DNA of 64,000 nucleotides from Anaerolineales bacterium (GCA_040902205.1 JBBDXR010000035.1:272-64271), one strand, 5' to 3'; positions 1 through 10,258 are shown, counted from the stretch's first letter. The notes: generated from the letters alone by a model not told the origin. Program-made: numbers and translations.

Positions 1-704
<704 letters not shown>

Positions 705-830
705 GGATGGATCGCTCCTTGGGATAGGCGGATTCGGCGACGGATCTCCGTCGCCAGCGATTATAGCTGATGCCTTCCACTCCCCAATTTTGCGCCCTGG
801 GCTGCGACTCCGGCTCTTGTATAGCCTCTG

Positions 831-861
831 GCTACTCTGTATAATCAATTGACAGAGTAGC
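831..861. promoter_or_regulatory. Perfect 10-bp inverted repeat (GCTACTCTGT-N11-ACAGAGTAGC) in the divergent mutase/ATPase intergenic region
   Basis: Arms at 831-840 and 852-861 read directly; TATAAT (839-844) and TTGACA (849-854) hexamers overlap it. Confidence 0.5.
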
Positions 862-997
862 TGCAGCTCTCCGCTGTTGGCGCACAGGGGAACATCGCCG
901 CCAACGCCCCTCATCTTCGCCCGATAGCCCTATCGAACCTGATTTGCTGAGCTAAACATCCCAGCCACGTTGCCTGGGATCGGCGAGGAGAGAATTC

Positions 998-3634
998 ATG
1001 CCTAAACCTAAAAAACCCACCACGGTCGTGGTTACCGGGGACTTTACCGCCAACTGGTATCTGGCCAAAGTACGCCAATCCGACAGCGTGGTGGTGGGCG
1101 GCCGCGCCGATAAGGTGACGCGGGCCTGCTGGCAGCGTGGCAGCAGCGCCCTGCTGGCCGACATCATCGAGACGATTGCGGCCGAATTGCAGCAAGGCGG
1201 CCATGCGCCGTTCTCCATCCTGCAGACCGCCGCGCCGCGCGGGCAGTTGGAGGCTTCCACCTCCGGCGCCCGCTTCGACCAGTCCTACACGATCTGGTCG
1301 CTGTTCAAATACGGTGAAAAACCACCGCTAGACAAAGAGAAGGCAGCCTGGCGCATCAAAGAATTCCTGGGCCTGGATCGGGTGGCAAACACGGGACCGG
1401 AGTGGCAAAAAGTGATCGACGATACAGCCGATGCGAATCTGGTCATTCTGGATGATGGCGACCAGGGATTTCGCGACCGGCCGGAGCTGTGGCCTCTGGC
1501 CATTAAGACTGGAGCGACAAACCGGCCCTGGATCCTGCTTAGGATCTCGGGCACCGTGGCTCAAGGCCCTCTGTGGGATCACCTGCACGGGGAATTTGCC
1601 GACCGCCTAATCGTGGTCACCAGCGCGGATGACTTGCGGCTGACCGAGGTGCAGATCAGCCGGGAGCTATCCTGGGAACGCACCTCCCAGGATCTGTTCT
1701 GGGAACTCGTCCACAATCCGCGCATCAATGCGCTGTCAAGTTGTGCGCATGTCATCGTCCTCTTCGGCGAGGCCGGCGCGGTCTTGCTGTCACGCGAAAA
1801 GAATTCATCGACCTGCTTGCTCTACTTCGATCCTAAAGTGATCGAGGGGATGTGGGAACAAAACTATCCGGGCGGCATGATCGGTTATACAACCTGCCTC
1901 ACAGCCGGGATCTCACGCCAGCTGATGATGTCTCCGGCCAGCCCGGATATCGGCCAAGGGGTTCAGTCGGGATTGACTGCTTTGCGCGCCCTTCACATGG
2001 AAGGTTATGGGGAACGAGGCGCAAGCACCTCGGAAGTCCAACTCCGCTTCCCAATTGGACTCATTGCATCCACATTGGCGAAAGGCGAAAAGCCCTTCGC
2101 GGTGGCCGAAGTTCAGGACCCATTGCGCTTCATCAAGCAACCGGAGAATGGCAGCGAGAAACCCCTGACCGAGGGCGTTTGGACGATCCTGCAGGACCGC
2201 TACAAGGAGAACCTCGAGCGGGTGGCCGAGCAAATCGTCCTGGAAGGGCCGGAGGTTTCTTTGCCGGATGTCCCCCTGGGTCAATTCGGCAACCTGCTCA
2301 CCGTCGATCGCGATGAGATCGAAAGCTTCCGCTGCCTTCGCTCCCTGGTGAGCGAATACCATCGGCTTGGGCAGCAAAAGCGCCCACTTTCTATCGCCGT
2401 TTTCGGCTCGCCCGGCTCGGGCAAATCCTTCGGCATCATCGAGGTGACCAATTCCGTGCTGCCGGGGCAGGTGGAGATCCGCGCGTTCAATCTGTCCCAA
2501 TTCAATTCCACCGAAGACCTGTTGGCGGCGTTCCACCAGGTCCGGGATATCGCGCTGGGCGGGAAGATCCCCCTTGTCTTCTGGGATGAATTCGATACCA
2601 CCTTCGAAGAGATGCCCCTGGGTTGGCTGCGCCACTTCCTGGTCCCCATGCAAGATGGCCGTTTCCAGGAAGGCCAGATCAACCACCCACTGGGCCGCTG
2701 CATTTTTGTGTTTGCCGGAGGGACGTGCGGCAGTATGGCTTCCTTTGGAGGCGGGTTCAATCAGGATGCCTTCCGTGCGGCAAAAGGGCCTGACTTCGTC
2801 AGCCGTCTTAAGGGCTACGTCAATATCCTGGGACCCAATCCGGTGGACTGCGGCGAGGATAAACCCACCCACGACCCTTACTATCTGATCCGCCGGGCCA
2901 TTCTCTTGCGGCAGATAATGAAGCGCAATGCGCCGCAACTGTTCGAAAGAAGCAACGGGAAAGACCAACTGAATATCGACCGGGGCGTGCTGCGCGCCTT
3001 GCTGCATACCCGCGAGTACCGGCACGGCGTGCGCTCCATTGAATCGATCATCGCCATGAGCCAGCTGGCAGGCAAAAGTGTTTTCGCCCGTTCCAGCTTG
3101 CCGGCCGAGTCACAGTTGGACCTGCACGTGGATGGGCTGGACTTCCTGGCCTTGGTGCGGCAGATCGAATTGGACGGCGCGGTCCTCGAGAACCTGGCCG
3201 AGGCGGCCCACGAAATCTATCGCAAGGGGGTGACGGGGCGCCACCAGAAAACAGATACCGCGGTGCTGGCTTATGCGGATTTGCCAGAGGAGTCCAAGGA
3301 ACAAAACCGCAGGAACATCCGCGATATCCCCCTCAAATTGGCTCGAGCAGGCTACGCCATGATCCCGGCACGCAGCAACGAACGGCCCTTCAACTTCCCC
3401 GGGGTTGCACTGGAGATGCTCTCCCAAGCGGAGCATGAACGTTGGATGCGCGCCAAGCTGGCAGACGGCTGGATCCACGCGGCAGAATCCAGCAGGGAAA
3501 AGAAGGAGAACCGCGGCCTGCTGCCTTGGGACCAGCTCCCAGAAGATGAAAAGGAAAAGGAACGGGACATGGTACGCGGTATACCGGTAATTCTGGCGCG
3601 GGCGGGATACGCAATCGTGAAATCGCACGGGTAG
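998..3634 (+). CDS. 878-aa P-loop (AAA+-like) ATPase with an N-terminal degenerate ribokinase/RfaE-like domain and C-terminal tandem RyR-type repeats
   Basis: Walker A GSPGSGKS, Walker B FWDEFD. C-terminus LAEAAHE...YADLPEESKEQNR and LSQAEHERWMRAKLADGW...LLPWDQLPEDEKEKER matches the RyR repeat pattern. GAGGAG RBS. Confidence 0.85.
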   Translation: MPKPKKPTTVVVTGDFTANWYLAKVRQSDSVVVGGRADKVTRACWQRGSSALLADIIETIAAELQQGGHAPFSILQTAAPRGQLEASTSGARFDQSYTIWSLFKYGEKPPLDKEKAAWRIKEFLGLDRVANTGPEWQKVIDDTADANLVILDDGDQGFRDRPELWPLAIKTGATNRPWILLRISGTVAQGPLWDHLHGEFADRLIVVTSADDLRLTEVQISRELSWERTSQDLFWELVHNPRINALSSCAHVIVLFGEAGAVLLSREKNSSTCLLYFDPKVIEGMWEQNYPGGMIGYTTCLTAGISRQLMMSPASPDIGQGVQSGLTALRALHMEGYGERGASTSEVQLRFPIGLIASTLAKGEKPFAVAEVQDPLRFIKQPENGSEKPLTEGVWTILQDRYKENLERVAEQIVLEGPEVSLPDVPLGQFGNLLTVDRDEIESFRCLRSLVSEYHRLGQQKRPLSIAVFGSPGSGKSFGIIEVTNSVLPGQVEIRAFNLSQFNSTEDLLAAFHQVRDIALGGKIPLVFWDEFDTTFEEMPLGWLRHFLVPMQDGRFQEGQINHPLGRCIFVFAGGTCGSMASFGGGFNQDAFRAAKGPDFVSRLKGYVNILGPNPVDCGEDKPTHDPYYLIRRAILLRQIMKRNAPQLFERSNGKDQLNIDRGVLRALLHTREYRHGVRSIESIIAMSQLAGKSVFARSSLPAESQLDLHVDGLDFLALVRQIELDGAVLENLAEAAHEIYRKGVTGRHQKTDTAVLAYADLPEESKEQNRRNIRDIPLKLARAGYAMIPARSNERPFNFPGVALEMLSQAEHERWMRAKLADGWIHAAESSREKKENRGLLPWDQLPEDEKEKERDMVRGIPVILARAGYAIVKSHG

Positions 3635-3680
3635 GTCTGCCGGCCGGAAAGGGATCAGAGACGACTTGACCTCGTTGGGG

Positions 3681-3923
3681 ATGACCGGGCCGGGGTACGG
3701 GCCTAACCTCGTTAGCGCCACACAGAGCGAGCGGGGATTGGAGGTGCGCTGCCCTGCGTGCCAACATCAATTCGCCATTGGCAGGGAAAGCCTGGGCAAA
3801 GAGGTCGATTGCCCTCAAACGTATCAACTTAGGGCTTACGGCGGCGAAAAAGGGCTGATGCGCTGCGGGGCGAGATTGAAGGTCAGCCCTTGTGTGAAGG
3901 CCGCCGGCTTAACCGCCCTCTAG
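3681..3923 (+). CDS. Possible small zinc-ribbon protein
   Basis: CPAC...CPQ...CG motifs; fills the gap between two same-strand genes. Start is uncertain. Confidence 0.35.
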   Translation: MTGPGYGPNLVSATQSERGLEVRCPACQHQFAIGRESLGKEVDCPQTYQLRAYGGEKGLMRCGARLKVSPCVKAAGLTAL

Positions 3924-3929
3924 GGGTTC

Positions 3930-4556
3930 ATGGGCCTCGATTACAGCTATCTACTCTATTTCAAACGCGAGCGGCTCTGGGACGCGCTGCAGGGGCTGGC
4001 CGGCTTCACCAGGCCCAGCAAAAAGCAGACCGTAGTGGTCTTTCCCGATCACATTCTGCTGCTGCCTTTGGAGCCCTGGTATTCGGAGCACAGGATGGTG
4101 AAGTTCGATGCGCCGCAATTCCCGTTCACGATCAGCATCTATTTCCAGGAGGATGAGGCCATTAGGGAATACGTGATGCGCAACTTCCGTGAGCACTACG
4201 AAGAGATGTCCAAGGAGAGCCCGCTAGGGTTCCCCATCGGCATCATTTACTTGACGGTCTACCGTGATCTGCAGGCGTTCAACAAGGATTTCGATAACAC
4301 CGACTTGGTGTTGATGGAATTCGGTACGACCGGTACGCGCATGAGTCTGCTTTTCGCCGAATCCAGGTCCATCCGGAAGCGGTTCGAAGGACTATTGGAG
4401 GCGCACCAGGGGGTTTATGGAATCCTCAATTTGGAGGGACCGGCGAGATTGATCTGGTGCAGCGGGCACAGGGTGGATTACGAGTTGCCCGACGCGTTCA
4501 TGAAGCCCGAAGAAATCGGCAGCTACTTACTCCAGGCTTCATCCCCGCGGAGGTAA
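3930..4556 (+). CDS. Hypothetical protein (208 aa)
   Basis: Long ORF in operon-like spacing with the downstream glycosylase; no motif recognised. Confidence 0.75.
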   Translation: MGLDYSYLLYFKRERLWDALQGLAGFTRPSKKQTVVVFPDHILLLPLEPWYSEHRMVKFDAPQFPFTISIYFQEDEAIREYVMRNFREHYEEMSKESPLGFPIGIIYLTVYRDLQAFNKDFDNTDLVLMEFGTTGTRMSLLFAESRSIRKRFEGLLEAHQGVYGILNLEGPARLIWCSGHRVDYELPDAFMKPEEIGSYLLQASSPRR

Positions 4557-4562
4557 AGAGAG

Positions 4563-5393
4563 ATGTTCGAATTACCGGAGTATCAGGTTCTGGTCCGCCA
4601 AATAAACGCTACCCTGGCGGGGAAGATTATCCGGCAGGCAGCGCTAAGCAATGTGACCCACAAGTTCGTCTGGCATAACCTGACGAGCAATGAATTCGGG
4701 CAGCTTTGCAAAGGGAAAAAGATCGGGAAGGCGAACGCACGCGGCCGCTGGTTGACCGTCCCGGTTGAGCCGGGATATGTGCTGGTGGTGGGTGAATGTG
4801 GAGGCAAGCTCGTCTACCAGGAGCAGGCAACCAAGCGGCCATCCAAATTTCACCTGCTTATCGAATTCGAGGATGGATCTTTCCTGTTTGGCGTAACGCA
4901 GATGTGGGGCGCCTACGACCTCTATCCGAAGGGTGAAGAAAAAAAACGCAAATACATCAAAGACATGCGCCCGACCCCGCTGGATAGGGCTTTCACGTTT
5001 AAATACTTCGGCGACTTGATGATTGAGGTCGCCGCTGAAAAGCGAACGAGCGCCAAGGGTCTGTTGACCCAGGCGCAATGGGTGCCTGGGCTGGGGAACG
5101 CGATCGCGCAGGACATCCTGTTCAAAGCTTGTCTGCACCCGCGGCACAATATAGCGAGCTTGGGAGCAAAACAGAAACGGGAGTTATACGATGCCATATT
5201 GGCCACCGTAAACGAGGTGATCAAGAAGGGTGGACGCTACGACGAATACGACCTGTTTGGCCAGCCTGGGCAATACGTCCGTCTCATGGATAAGCGGGCG
5301 GTGGGCCGCCCCTGCCCGCAGTGCGGCGCCAAGGTGGAGAAAATCGCCTACTTGGGCGGCGCATGTTATTTTTGCCCCCACTGCCAGGTTTAA
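4563..5393 (+). CDS. Fpg/Nei-family DNA glycosylase-like protein
   Basis: N-terminal xELPE motif (MFELPEY), H2TH region GLGNAIAQDILFKACLHP, C-terminal zinc finger CPQC...CPHC. Confidence 0.88.
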   Translation: MFELPEYQVLVRQINATLAGKIIRQAALSNVTHKFVWHNLTSNEFGQLCKGKKIGKANARGRWLTVPVEPGYVLVVGECGGKLVYQEQATKRPSKFHLLIEFEDGSFLFGVTQMWGAYDLYPKGEEKKRKYIKDMRPTPLDRAFTFKYFGDLMIEVAAEKRTSAKGLLTQAQWVPGLGNAIAQDILFKACLHPRHNIASLGAKQKRELYDAILATVNEVIKKGGRYDEYDLFGQPGQYVRLMDKRAVGRPCPQCGAKVEKIAYLGGACYFCPHCQV

Positions 5394-5421
5394 CTGGCGT
5401 GATAAAATCGCGTTTGCATAC

Positions 5422-5494
5422 GCTCTCATCGTCTAGTGGCCTAGGACGTGGCCCTCTCAAGGCCAAAACCGGGGTTCGACTCCCCGTGGGAGCA
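5422..5494 (+). tRNA. tRNA-Glu (anticodon CTC)
   Basis: Acceptor stem GCTCTCA/TGGGAGC, D-arm TAGTGGCCTAGGA, anticodon arm TGGCC-CTCTCAA-GGCCA, T-loop GGTTCGACTCC. CCA is not encoded. Confidence 0.96.
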
Positions 5495-5497
5495 TAC

Positions 5498-5534
5498 GCA
5501 AAAGAGGCGGAAAAGCAGAGGCTGCCTCTTTTGC
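5498..5534 (+). terminator. Hairpin/terminator after tRNA-Glu
   Basis: GCAAAAGAGGC ... GCCTCTTTTGC inverted repeat immediately 3' of the tRNA. Confidence 0.55.
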
Positions 5535-5596
5535 TATTGGAGTTGCTAGTCCGCTGCGCGGACAAATGCAACTCAGTCAAAGCCGGTGGTTTTTTT

Positions 5597-5818
5597 GTGG
5601 GCACGCTCAACGAGTTCGTCCAGGCCCGCATACCTCTACGCAACACGGACCAATTCACTCTCATGGCCGGCCTGTATCCGTATGTGGAGCCGAACTTCGG
5701 CCAGTCCTGGGGAATCTTTGCAGTCGGGGCGCTGATCGGCGCCTTGCCGGCGGGGATCATTTACACCCGGCTACAAGATTACATCGTGAGCGGTCTGACT
5801 TAAGGAGCGGTGAACGGT
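5597..5818 (+). pseudogene. C-terminal remnant of a MalG-type sugar ABC permease
   Basis: GTLNEFVQARIPLRNTDQFTLMAGLY...[36 protein letters not shown] resembles the MalG C-terminus (Q.Y.V.GLT.GAVKG). It has an in-frame TAA at 5801-5803 and no N-terminal half. Confidence 0.8.
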
Positions 5819-5866
5819 TCGTTGTGTAATTGCTTCTTTCTATATCCATAGAAACCCCGAGGCCAA

Positions 5867-7504
5867 ATGCAAGACAACATTTTTGGAACGCTGATCACTG
5901 ATGAACTCCAGCTTCTTCATCACCGTTCGCACCACAGCGGATTGCAGCACAACTATGAGATCACCCCGCAGCGTCCAATCCCCGGCCGGCCCGTATCCTT
6001 ATTTGCCACTGTAGGACCCGAGTTGGACGCTGAAGAGGTGATTTGCTATTACACGCTGGATGGAAGCCAACCCACCGATTCCCTGAATAGCATTGGTTCG
6101 GTTGTGCGCATGATTAAATTGACACAGATTAGTGTGGATTGGGACACGCTCAAATGGGGTTATGTAGAGACGTGGCGGGGGGAGATTCCGGCGCAACCAG
6201 AAGGCACCTTTGTGCGATACCGCATCGTCTCTACGAAAGGCGGCCAGAATACTGCAGTTGCCGATTGGCCCGACCCCAAGTATCGCCAGGAAATGGCCAC
6301 GCGAGCTCATTTTAGTGGTCTTCCTTCGCCCGCCATTGTTCCCACGGACCCGATGATAGGAAAGACATTCGCGTACCACGTCAACCGCTATCGGGTTCCT
6401 CAGTGGGCTCAGGAAGCCGTCATTTACCAAATCTTTGCGGATCGCTTCCATCCCGGTGAAGGACGGGAATGGACTCAAACGACCAATCTGAGAGATTTTT
6501 GTGGCGGCACTCTTTGGGGAATCCGCGATAGGTTAGATTACGTGCAGGAACTGGGCGCCACAGCCATTTGGTTGAGCCCTACCTGGCCCAGCACCAGCTA
6601 CCATGGTTATGACATCACCGATTACAAAGCGGTGAGCCAGCGCTTGGGCGGGATGGAGGCGATGAAAGCATTGGTGAAAGAGGCTCATGCGCGCGGGGTC
6701 AAAATCCTGCTGGACTTGGTAGCCAACCACACCTCTAGCGAGCACCCCTATTTCCGGGAAGCTTATGAAAAAGTTGACAGCCCTTATCGGAAGCATTTTC
6801 TCTTCGACCAATCCGAAATCGGGTATCGCACTTTCTTTGGAGTACGCAGCATGCCGCAAGTCAACCTCAGCAATGAAGCCGCCCGCAAATGGATGATCGA
6901 TATCGCCCGCTTTTGGCTTGACGACTTTGGGGTAGATGGCTTCCGGCTTGACCATGCCAATGGTCCCGGTCCTGAATTCTGGGCAGAGTTCCAACTGGCC
7001 TGCAAGCAGGTCAACTCGCAAAGCTTTTGTTTCGGCGAGGTGGTTGAGCCGCCGAGCGATTACAAGCGTTACGCCGGCCGCGTGGACGGATTGCTGGATT
7101 TTGGCTTCAACGACTCCATCCGCCGAGCCTATGGCTACGGTAGCACGACCAAGGAAGCGTTTGACCTGTTCCTGAAGAGGCACCTGGAATTCTTTGCCGA
7201 TTCCGGATTACTGTTGCCCACTTTTATCGATAATCACGATCTAGTCCGGTTTCTCCATATTGCAGGTGAGGACAAATCGAAATTGCGGGCGGCAGCGGAG
7301 TTGCAGTTTGCACTGCCGGGTCCGCCTATCGTATATTATGGAACCGAAGTGGGCATGACCGAACGAATGGTGGAAGATCAGAGTGACCAACTGGTGGGTT
7401 GCCGCGCTCCTATGGTCTGGAATGAGGAACAGGATCAAGAATTGTTTGCCTTCTACCAGTCACTGATCGCGGCTCGACGAGAGGCTAAGCCTTGGCTGCA
7501 ATGA
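5867..7504 (+). CDS. GH13 alpha-amylase family (neopullulanase/cyclomaltodextrinase-like)
   Basis: Conserved regions DLVANH, GFRLDHA, GEVV, FIDNHD; YQIFADRF; YYGTEVGM. Confidence 0.93.
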   Translation: MQDNIFGTLITDELQLLHHRSHHSGLQHNYEITPQRPIPGRPVSLFATVGPELDAEEVICYYTLDGSQPTDSLNSIGSVVRMIKLTQISVDWDTLKWGYVETWRGEIPAQPEGTFVRYRIVSTKGGQNTAVADWPDPKYRQEMATRAHFSGLPSPAIVPTDPMIGKTFAYHVNRYRVPQWAQEAVIYQIFADRFHPGEGREWTQTTNLRDFCGGTLWGIRDRLDYVQELGATAIWLSPTWPSTSYHGYDITDYKAVSQRLGGMEAMKALVKEAHARGVKILLDLVANHTSSEHPYFREAYEKVDSPYRKHFLFDQSEIGYRTFFGVRSMPQVNLSNEAARKWMIDIARFWLDDFGVDGFRLDHANGPGPEFWAEFQLACKQVNSQSFCFGEVVEPPSDYKRYAGRVDGLLDFGFNDSIRRAYGYGSTTKEAFDLFLKRHLEFFADSGLLLPTFIDNHDLVRFLHIAGEDKSKLRAAAELQFALPGPPIVYYGTEVGMTERMVEDQSDQLVGCRAPMVWNEEQDQELFAFYQSLIAARREAKPWLQ

Positions 7505-7545
7505 AAACCATCGCTGGAATGCGAAAATCCTAACGAAAGGCGCGT

Positions 7546-8541
7546 GTGGCTAATAACATTCTATTTATCGGCGGCACCGGCATCATCAGTTCGGCGGTAT
7601 CGCCGCTGGTTGTGGCGCGCGGCGATAACCTGTTCGTTCTGAACCGCGGCATTTCGCCGCGCGGCCAGCCCGCTGGGGCGCGCCTGGTTCAGGCGGACAT
7701 CCGCACGGACCCGGGAGCGCTGGCCAAAGCCATCGCCCAGCACAAGATCGACGTGGTGGTGGATTGGATCGCTTTCGTCCCCGAACAGGTGCAGGGCGAT
7801 ATCGATGCCTGCCTGGGCAGGGTGAAGCAATACGTCTTCATAAGCTCGGCGTCCGCGTACCAGAAGCCGATCCGCAAGCTGCCCATCACGGAAGAAACGC
7901 CACTGGAGAACCCGTTCTGGGAGTATTCGCGCAATAAGGCCAAGTGCGAGCAGTTGCTGATGGAGGCTTACAGGAAGCAGGGCTTCCCGGTCACCATCGT
8001 GCGGCCCTCGCATACCTACGACAAGACCCTGTTCCCGTTCCATGGCGGCTATACAGTGGTCGACCGCATGCGTAAAGGGAAGCCAGTCATCGTCCATGGC
8101 GATGGCACCTCCCTGTGGGTAATGACCCACCACCAGGATTTTGCCGTCGGGTTTACCGGCTTGTTGGGCAACCCGGCTGCCGTTGGCGAAATCTTCCACA
8201 TTACATCGGATGAGCTGCTGACCTGGAACGCAATCTTCGGGATGATCGCCGAGGCTGCCGGCGCCGAACTGCATGCCATCCACGTCCCTTCTGAGCTCAT
8301 CGCCAAATACGATGCGGACTGGGGCGCCAGCTTGCTGGGCGACAAAGCCCACAGCGTGATCTTCGACAATTCCAAGATCAAGCGCGTGGTGCCCGAATTC
8401 AACCCGCGCATCCCCTTTGCGGAAGGGGTCCGCGAGGTGATGGCCTGGGTGGATGGAAATCCGGCGGCGCAATTGGTTGATGAAAAGGCCAACGCCTTGT
8501 ACGATAAAATCATCATCGATTTCGGATCGCTGGGCAAGTAG
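7546..8541 (+). CDS. NAD-dependent epimerase/dehydratase (extended SDR)
   Basis: IGGTGIIS Rossmann motif, FISSASAY, YSRNK, IVRPSHTY. Confidence 0.9.
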   Translation: MANNILFIGGTGIISSAVSPLVVARGDNLFVLNRGISPRGQPAGARLVQADIRTDPGALAKAIAQHKIDVVVDWIAFVPEQVQGDIDACLGRVKQYVFISSASAYQKPIRKLPITEETPLENPFWEYSRNKAKCEQLLMEAYRKQGFPVTIVRPSHTYDKTLFPFHGGYTVVDRMRKGKPVIVHGDGTSLWVMTHHQDFAVGFTGLLGNPAAVGEIFHITSDELLTWNAIFGMIAEAAGAELHAIHVPSELIAKYDADWGASLLGDKAHSVIFDNSKIKRVVPEFNPRIPFAEGVREVMAWVDGNPAAQLVDEKANALYDKIIIDFGSLGK

Positions 8542-8544
8542 ACC

Positions 8545-9528
8545 ATGACAGAAGTTTACAACTGGGGTTTCGTAGGGTCGGGTTGGATGGCGCGAGCCAT
8601 GGCGGCCGACCTGGCGGCGGTGCCTGGCTGCGTAGTGCACAGCGTGGTGGCGCGCACCGCGGAGTCCGCGGCCGCGTTCGGGCGGGACTTCAAAGTGCGG
8701 CGTTATGCCGCGCTGGACGAAATGCTCGCCGATGACGGCGTCGATATTGTTTACGTCAACTCCCCCAATCATGTGCATTACCCGCAAGTGCGCCAGGCGT
8801 TGGAAGCCGGCAAGTCGGTGCTGTGCGAGAAGCCCTTCACGCTGAACGCCGCGCAACTGGCCGAGCTGATCGAACTGGCTCGGGCCAAGGGGCTGTTCCT
8901 GATGGAGGCCATGTGGGTGCGTTACCTGCCAGCGGTCGCCCGGTTGCGGCAAGTGCTGGCCGAGAAGGCGATTGGCGACCTGCAGTGGATGCAGGCTAGC
9001 TTCCATTCCAATCCGCCCAAAGTCGCCAACAACCGTTTCTATGATCTGGCCATGGGAGGTGGGGCGCTGATGGACCTGGGCATCTACCCGATCTCGTTCG
9101 CTTCATTGATCTTCGGCAGCGCGCCGCAGCGTATCCAGAGCAGCGTGACCCTTGCGGAAACTGGGGTGGATGAACGCTTCGCGGCGATCTTTGATTATGC
9201 CGGCGGCGGGCAGGCCAGCATTTCGGCCGGGTTCAGCGGGTACTTCGAAGACGAGATCGTACTATTGGGCAGCGAGGGCAAGGTGCGCGTGCCGCGCTCC
9301 GGCGGTTGGAAGATGAACCGGCTGGTCATCGAGCGCAAAGGTGAGGTGGAGGATCTGCAATTGCCGGTTGATGGCCGAGGCTACGGCTATCAGGCTTCCG
9401 AGGTGGTGCGCTGTCTGGAAGCGAGCCTCCTCGAAAGCCCGGTGATGCCGTTGGACGAGTCGCTGGCGATCATGAAGACGCTGGATGATCTTCGAGCGCA
9501 ATGGGGCGTGGAGTTTCCGGGGGAGTAG
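8545..9528 (+). CDS. Gfo/Idh/MocA family oxidoreductase
   Basis: WGFVGSGWMA, VLCEKPF, GGGALMDLGIYP. Confidence 0.92.
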   Translation: MTEVYNWGFVGSGWMARAMAADLAAVPGCVVHSVVARTAESAAAFGRDFKVRRYAALDEMLADDGVDIVYVNSPNHVHYPQVRQALEAGKSVLCEKPFTLNAAQLAELIELARAKGLFLMEAMWVRYLPAVARLRQVLAEKAIGDLQWMQASFHSNPPKVANNRFYDLAMGGGALMDLGIYPISFASLIFGSAPQRIQSSVTLAETGVDERFAAIFDYAGGGQASISAGFSGYFEDEIVLLGSEGKVRVPRSGGWKMNRLVIERKGEVEDLQLPVDGRGYGYQASEVVRCLEASLLESPVMPLDESLAIMKTLDDLRAQWGVEFPGE

Positions 9529-10258
9529 CGGCGGCTCGAGGCGTGGACAGCGCCCGGGAAAATGGCAGGCGGGGGTTGACCAGGATGCGATAGAGCGCCA
9601 GAAACAGAAGGCTTGAACCCGCGTACCAGTACATGCCTACGGCCCACGGGGAGGCGGAATCCGTGCCGCTGGTTACGCCATGGGCCAGGGCCAACCCGAA
9701 CGCTGCAAAACTCACGAAGTGCAGGAGCCGCCAGGTGCGTCCACCGATGCGCTGGCGCACATAAAAGCTAAAGACAACAAGGGCCCACAAATAGATGCCT
9801 AGCTGGCCCAAGCCCACCCACGTGGGCTTATAGCCGCGGCTGGCGAAGGGCACCAGGATCTGTCCCAGCGAGTAGGCGATGTAGTGATCGCCCAGGAGGA
9901 TCACGGCATGGAATACGGCGAAAGCCAGGCCCAGCAAACTCGTATATTGATGTAGATCGAAGGCGGCCGGCCCGCCCGGCCACAGGCGCGCCAGCTTGTT
10001 GCTTATGGTGAGGCCGAGCGCCATGGAGAACCATAGCATCGCAAAGGAAACCAGCGCGCTGCCGCGCGAAAGATACCAGAAGACCTTAGGCGATTCCCCT
10101 TGCACAGAGGCGGCCAGGCCCGGCACCCAGGCGGGCAAGAGCACCGCAGCCATGAAGGCTCCCATGGCCGTGGCAAGCAGCAGGAGCACCAGGGTCCGGC
10201 CCGTCATTACGGGCACGGCCTGGTCAATATCAATGAGCTGGTTCTTTTCTAATTCCAT
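9470..10258 (-). CDS. Ferric-reductase-like (MsrQ-type) transmembrane haem protein
   Basis: About 6 TM segments; WYLSRGSA, conserved His in DLHQY, FHAV, LLHFV, LAHG; TSGTD loop. Confidence 0.85.
   Translation of the reverse strand: MELEKNQLIDIDQAVPVMTGRTLVLLLLATAMGAFMAAVLLPAWVPGLAASVQGESPKVFWYLSRGSALVSFAMLWFSMALGLTISNKLARLWPGGPAAFDLHQYTSLLGLAFAVFHAVILLGDHYIAYSLGQILVPFASRGYKPTWVGLGQLGIYLWALVVFSFYVRQRIGGRTWRLLHFVSFAAFGLALAHGVTSGTDSASPWAVGMYWYAGSSLLFLALYRILVNPRLPFSRALSTPRAAATPPETPRPIALEDHPASS

Noticed and set aside
705-830. Possible cobalamin riboswitch upstream of the B12-dependent mutase
   Set aside because: Only a simple hairpin (736-755) is visible; I could not find B12-box consensus elements.
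7561-9006. 481-aa antisense ORF (and similar ones at 29956-30987, 51833-52933, 61022-62041, 17820-18902)
   Set aside because: They overlap well-supported genes on the opposite strand or frame, lack motifs, and are expected in GC-rich DNA.
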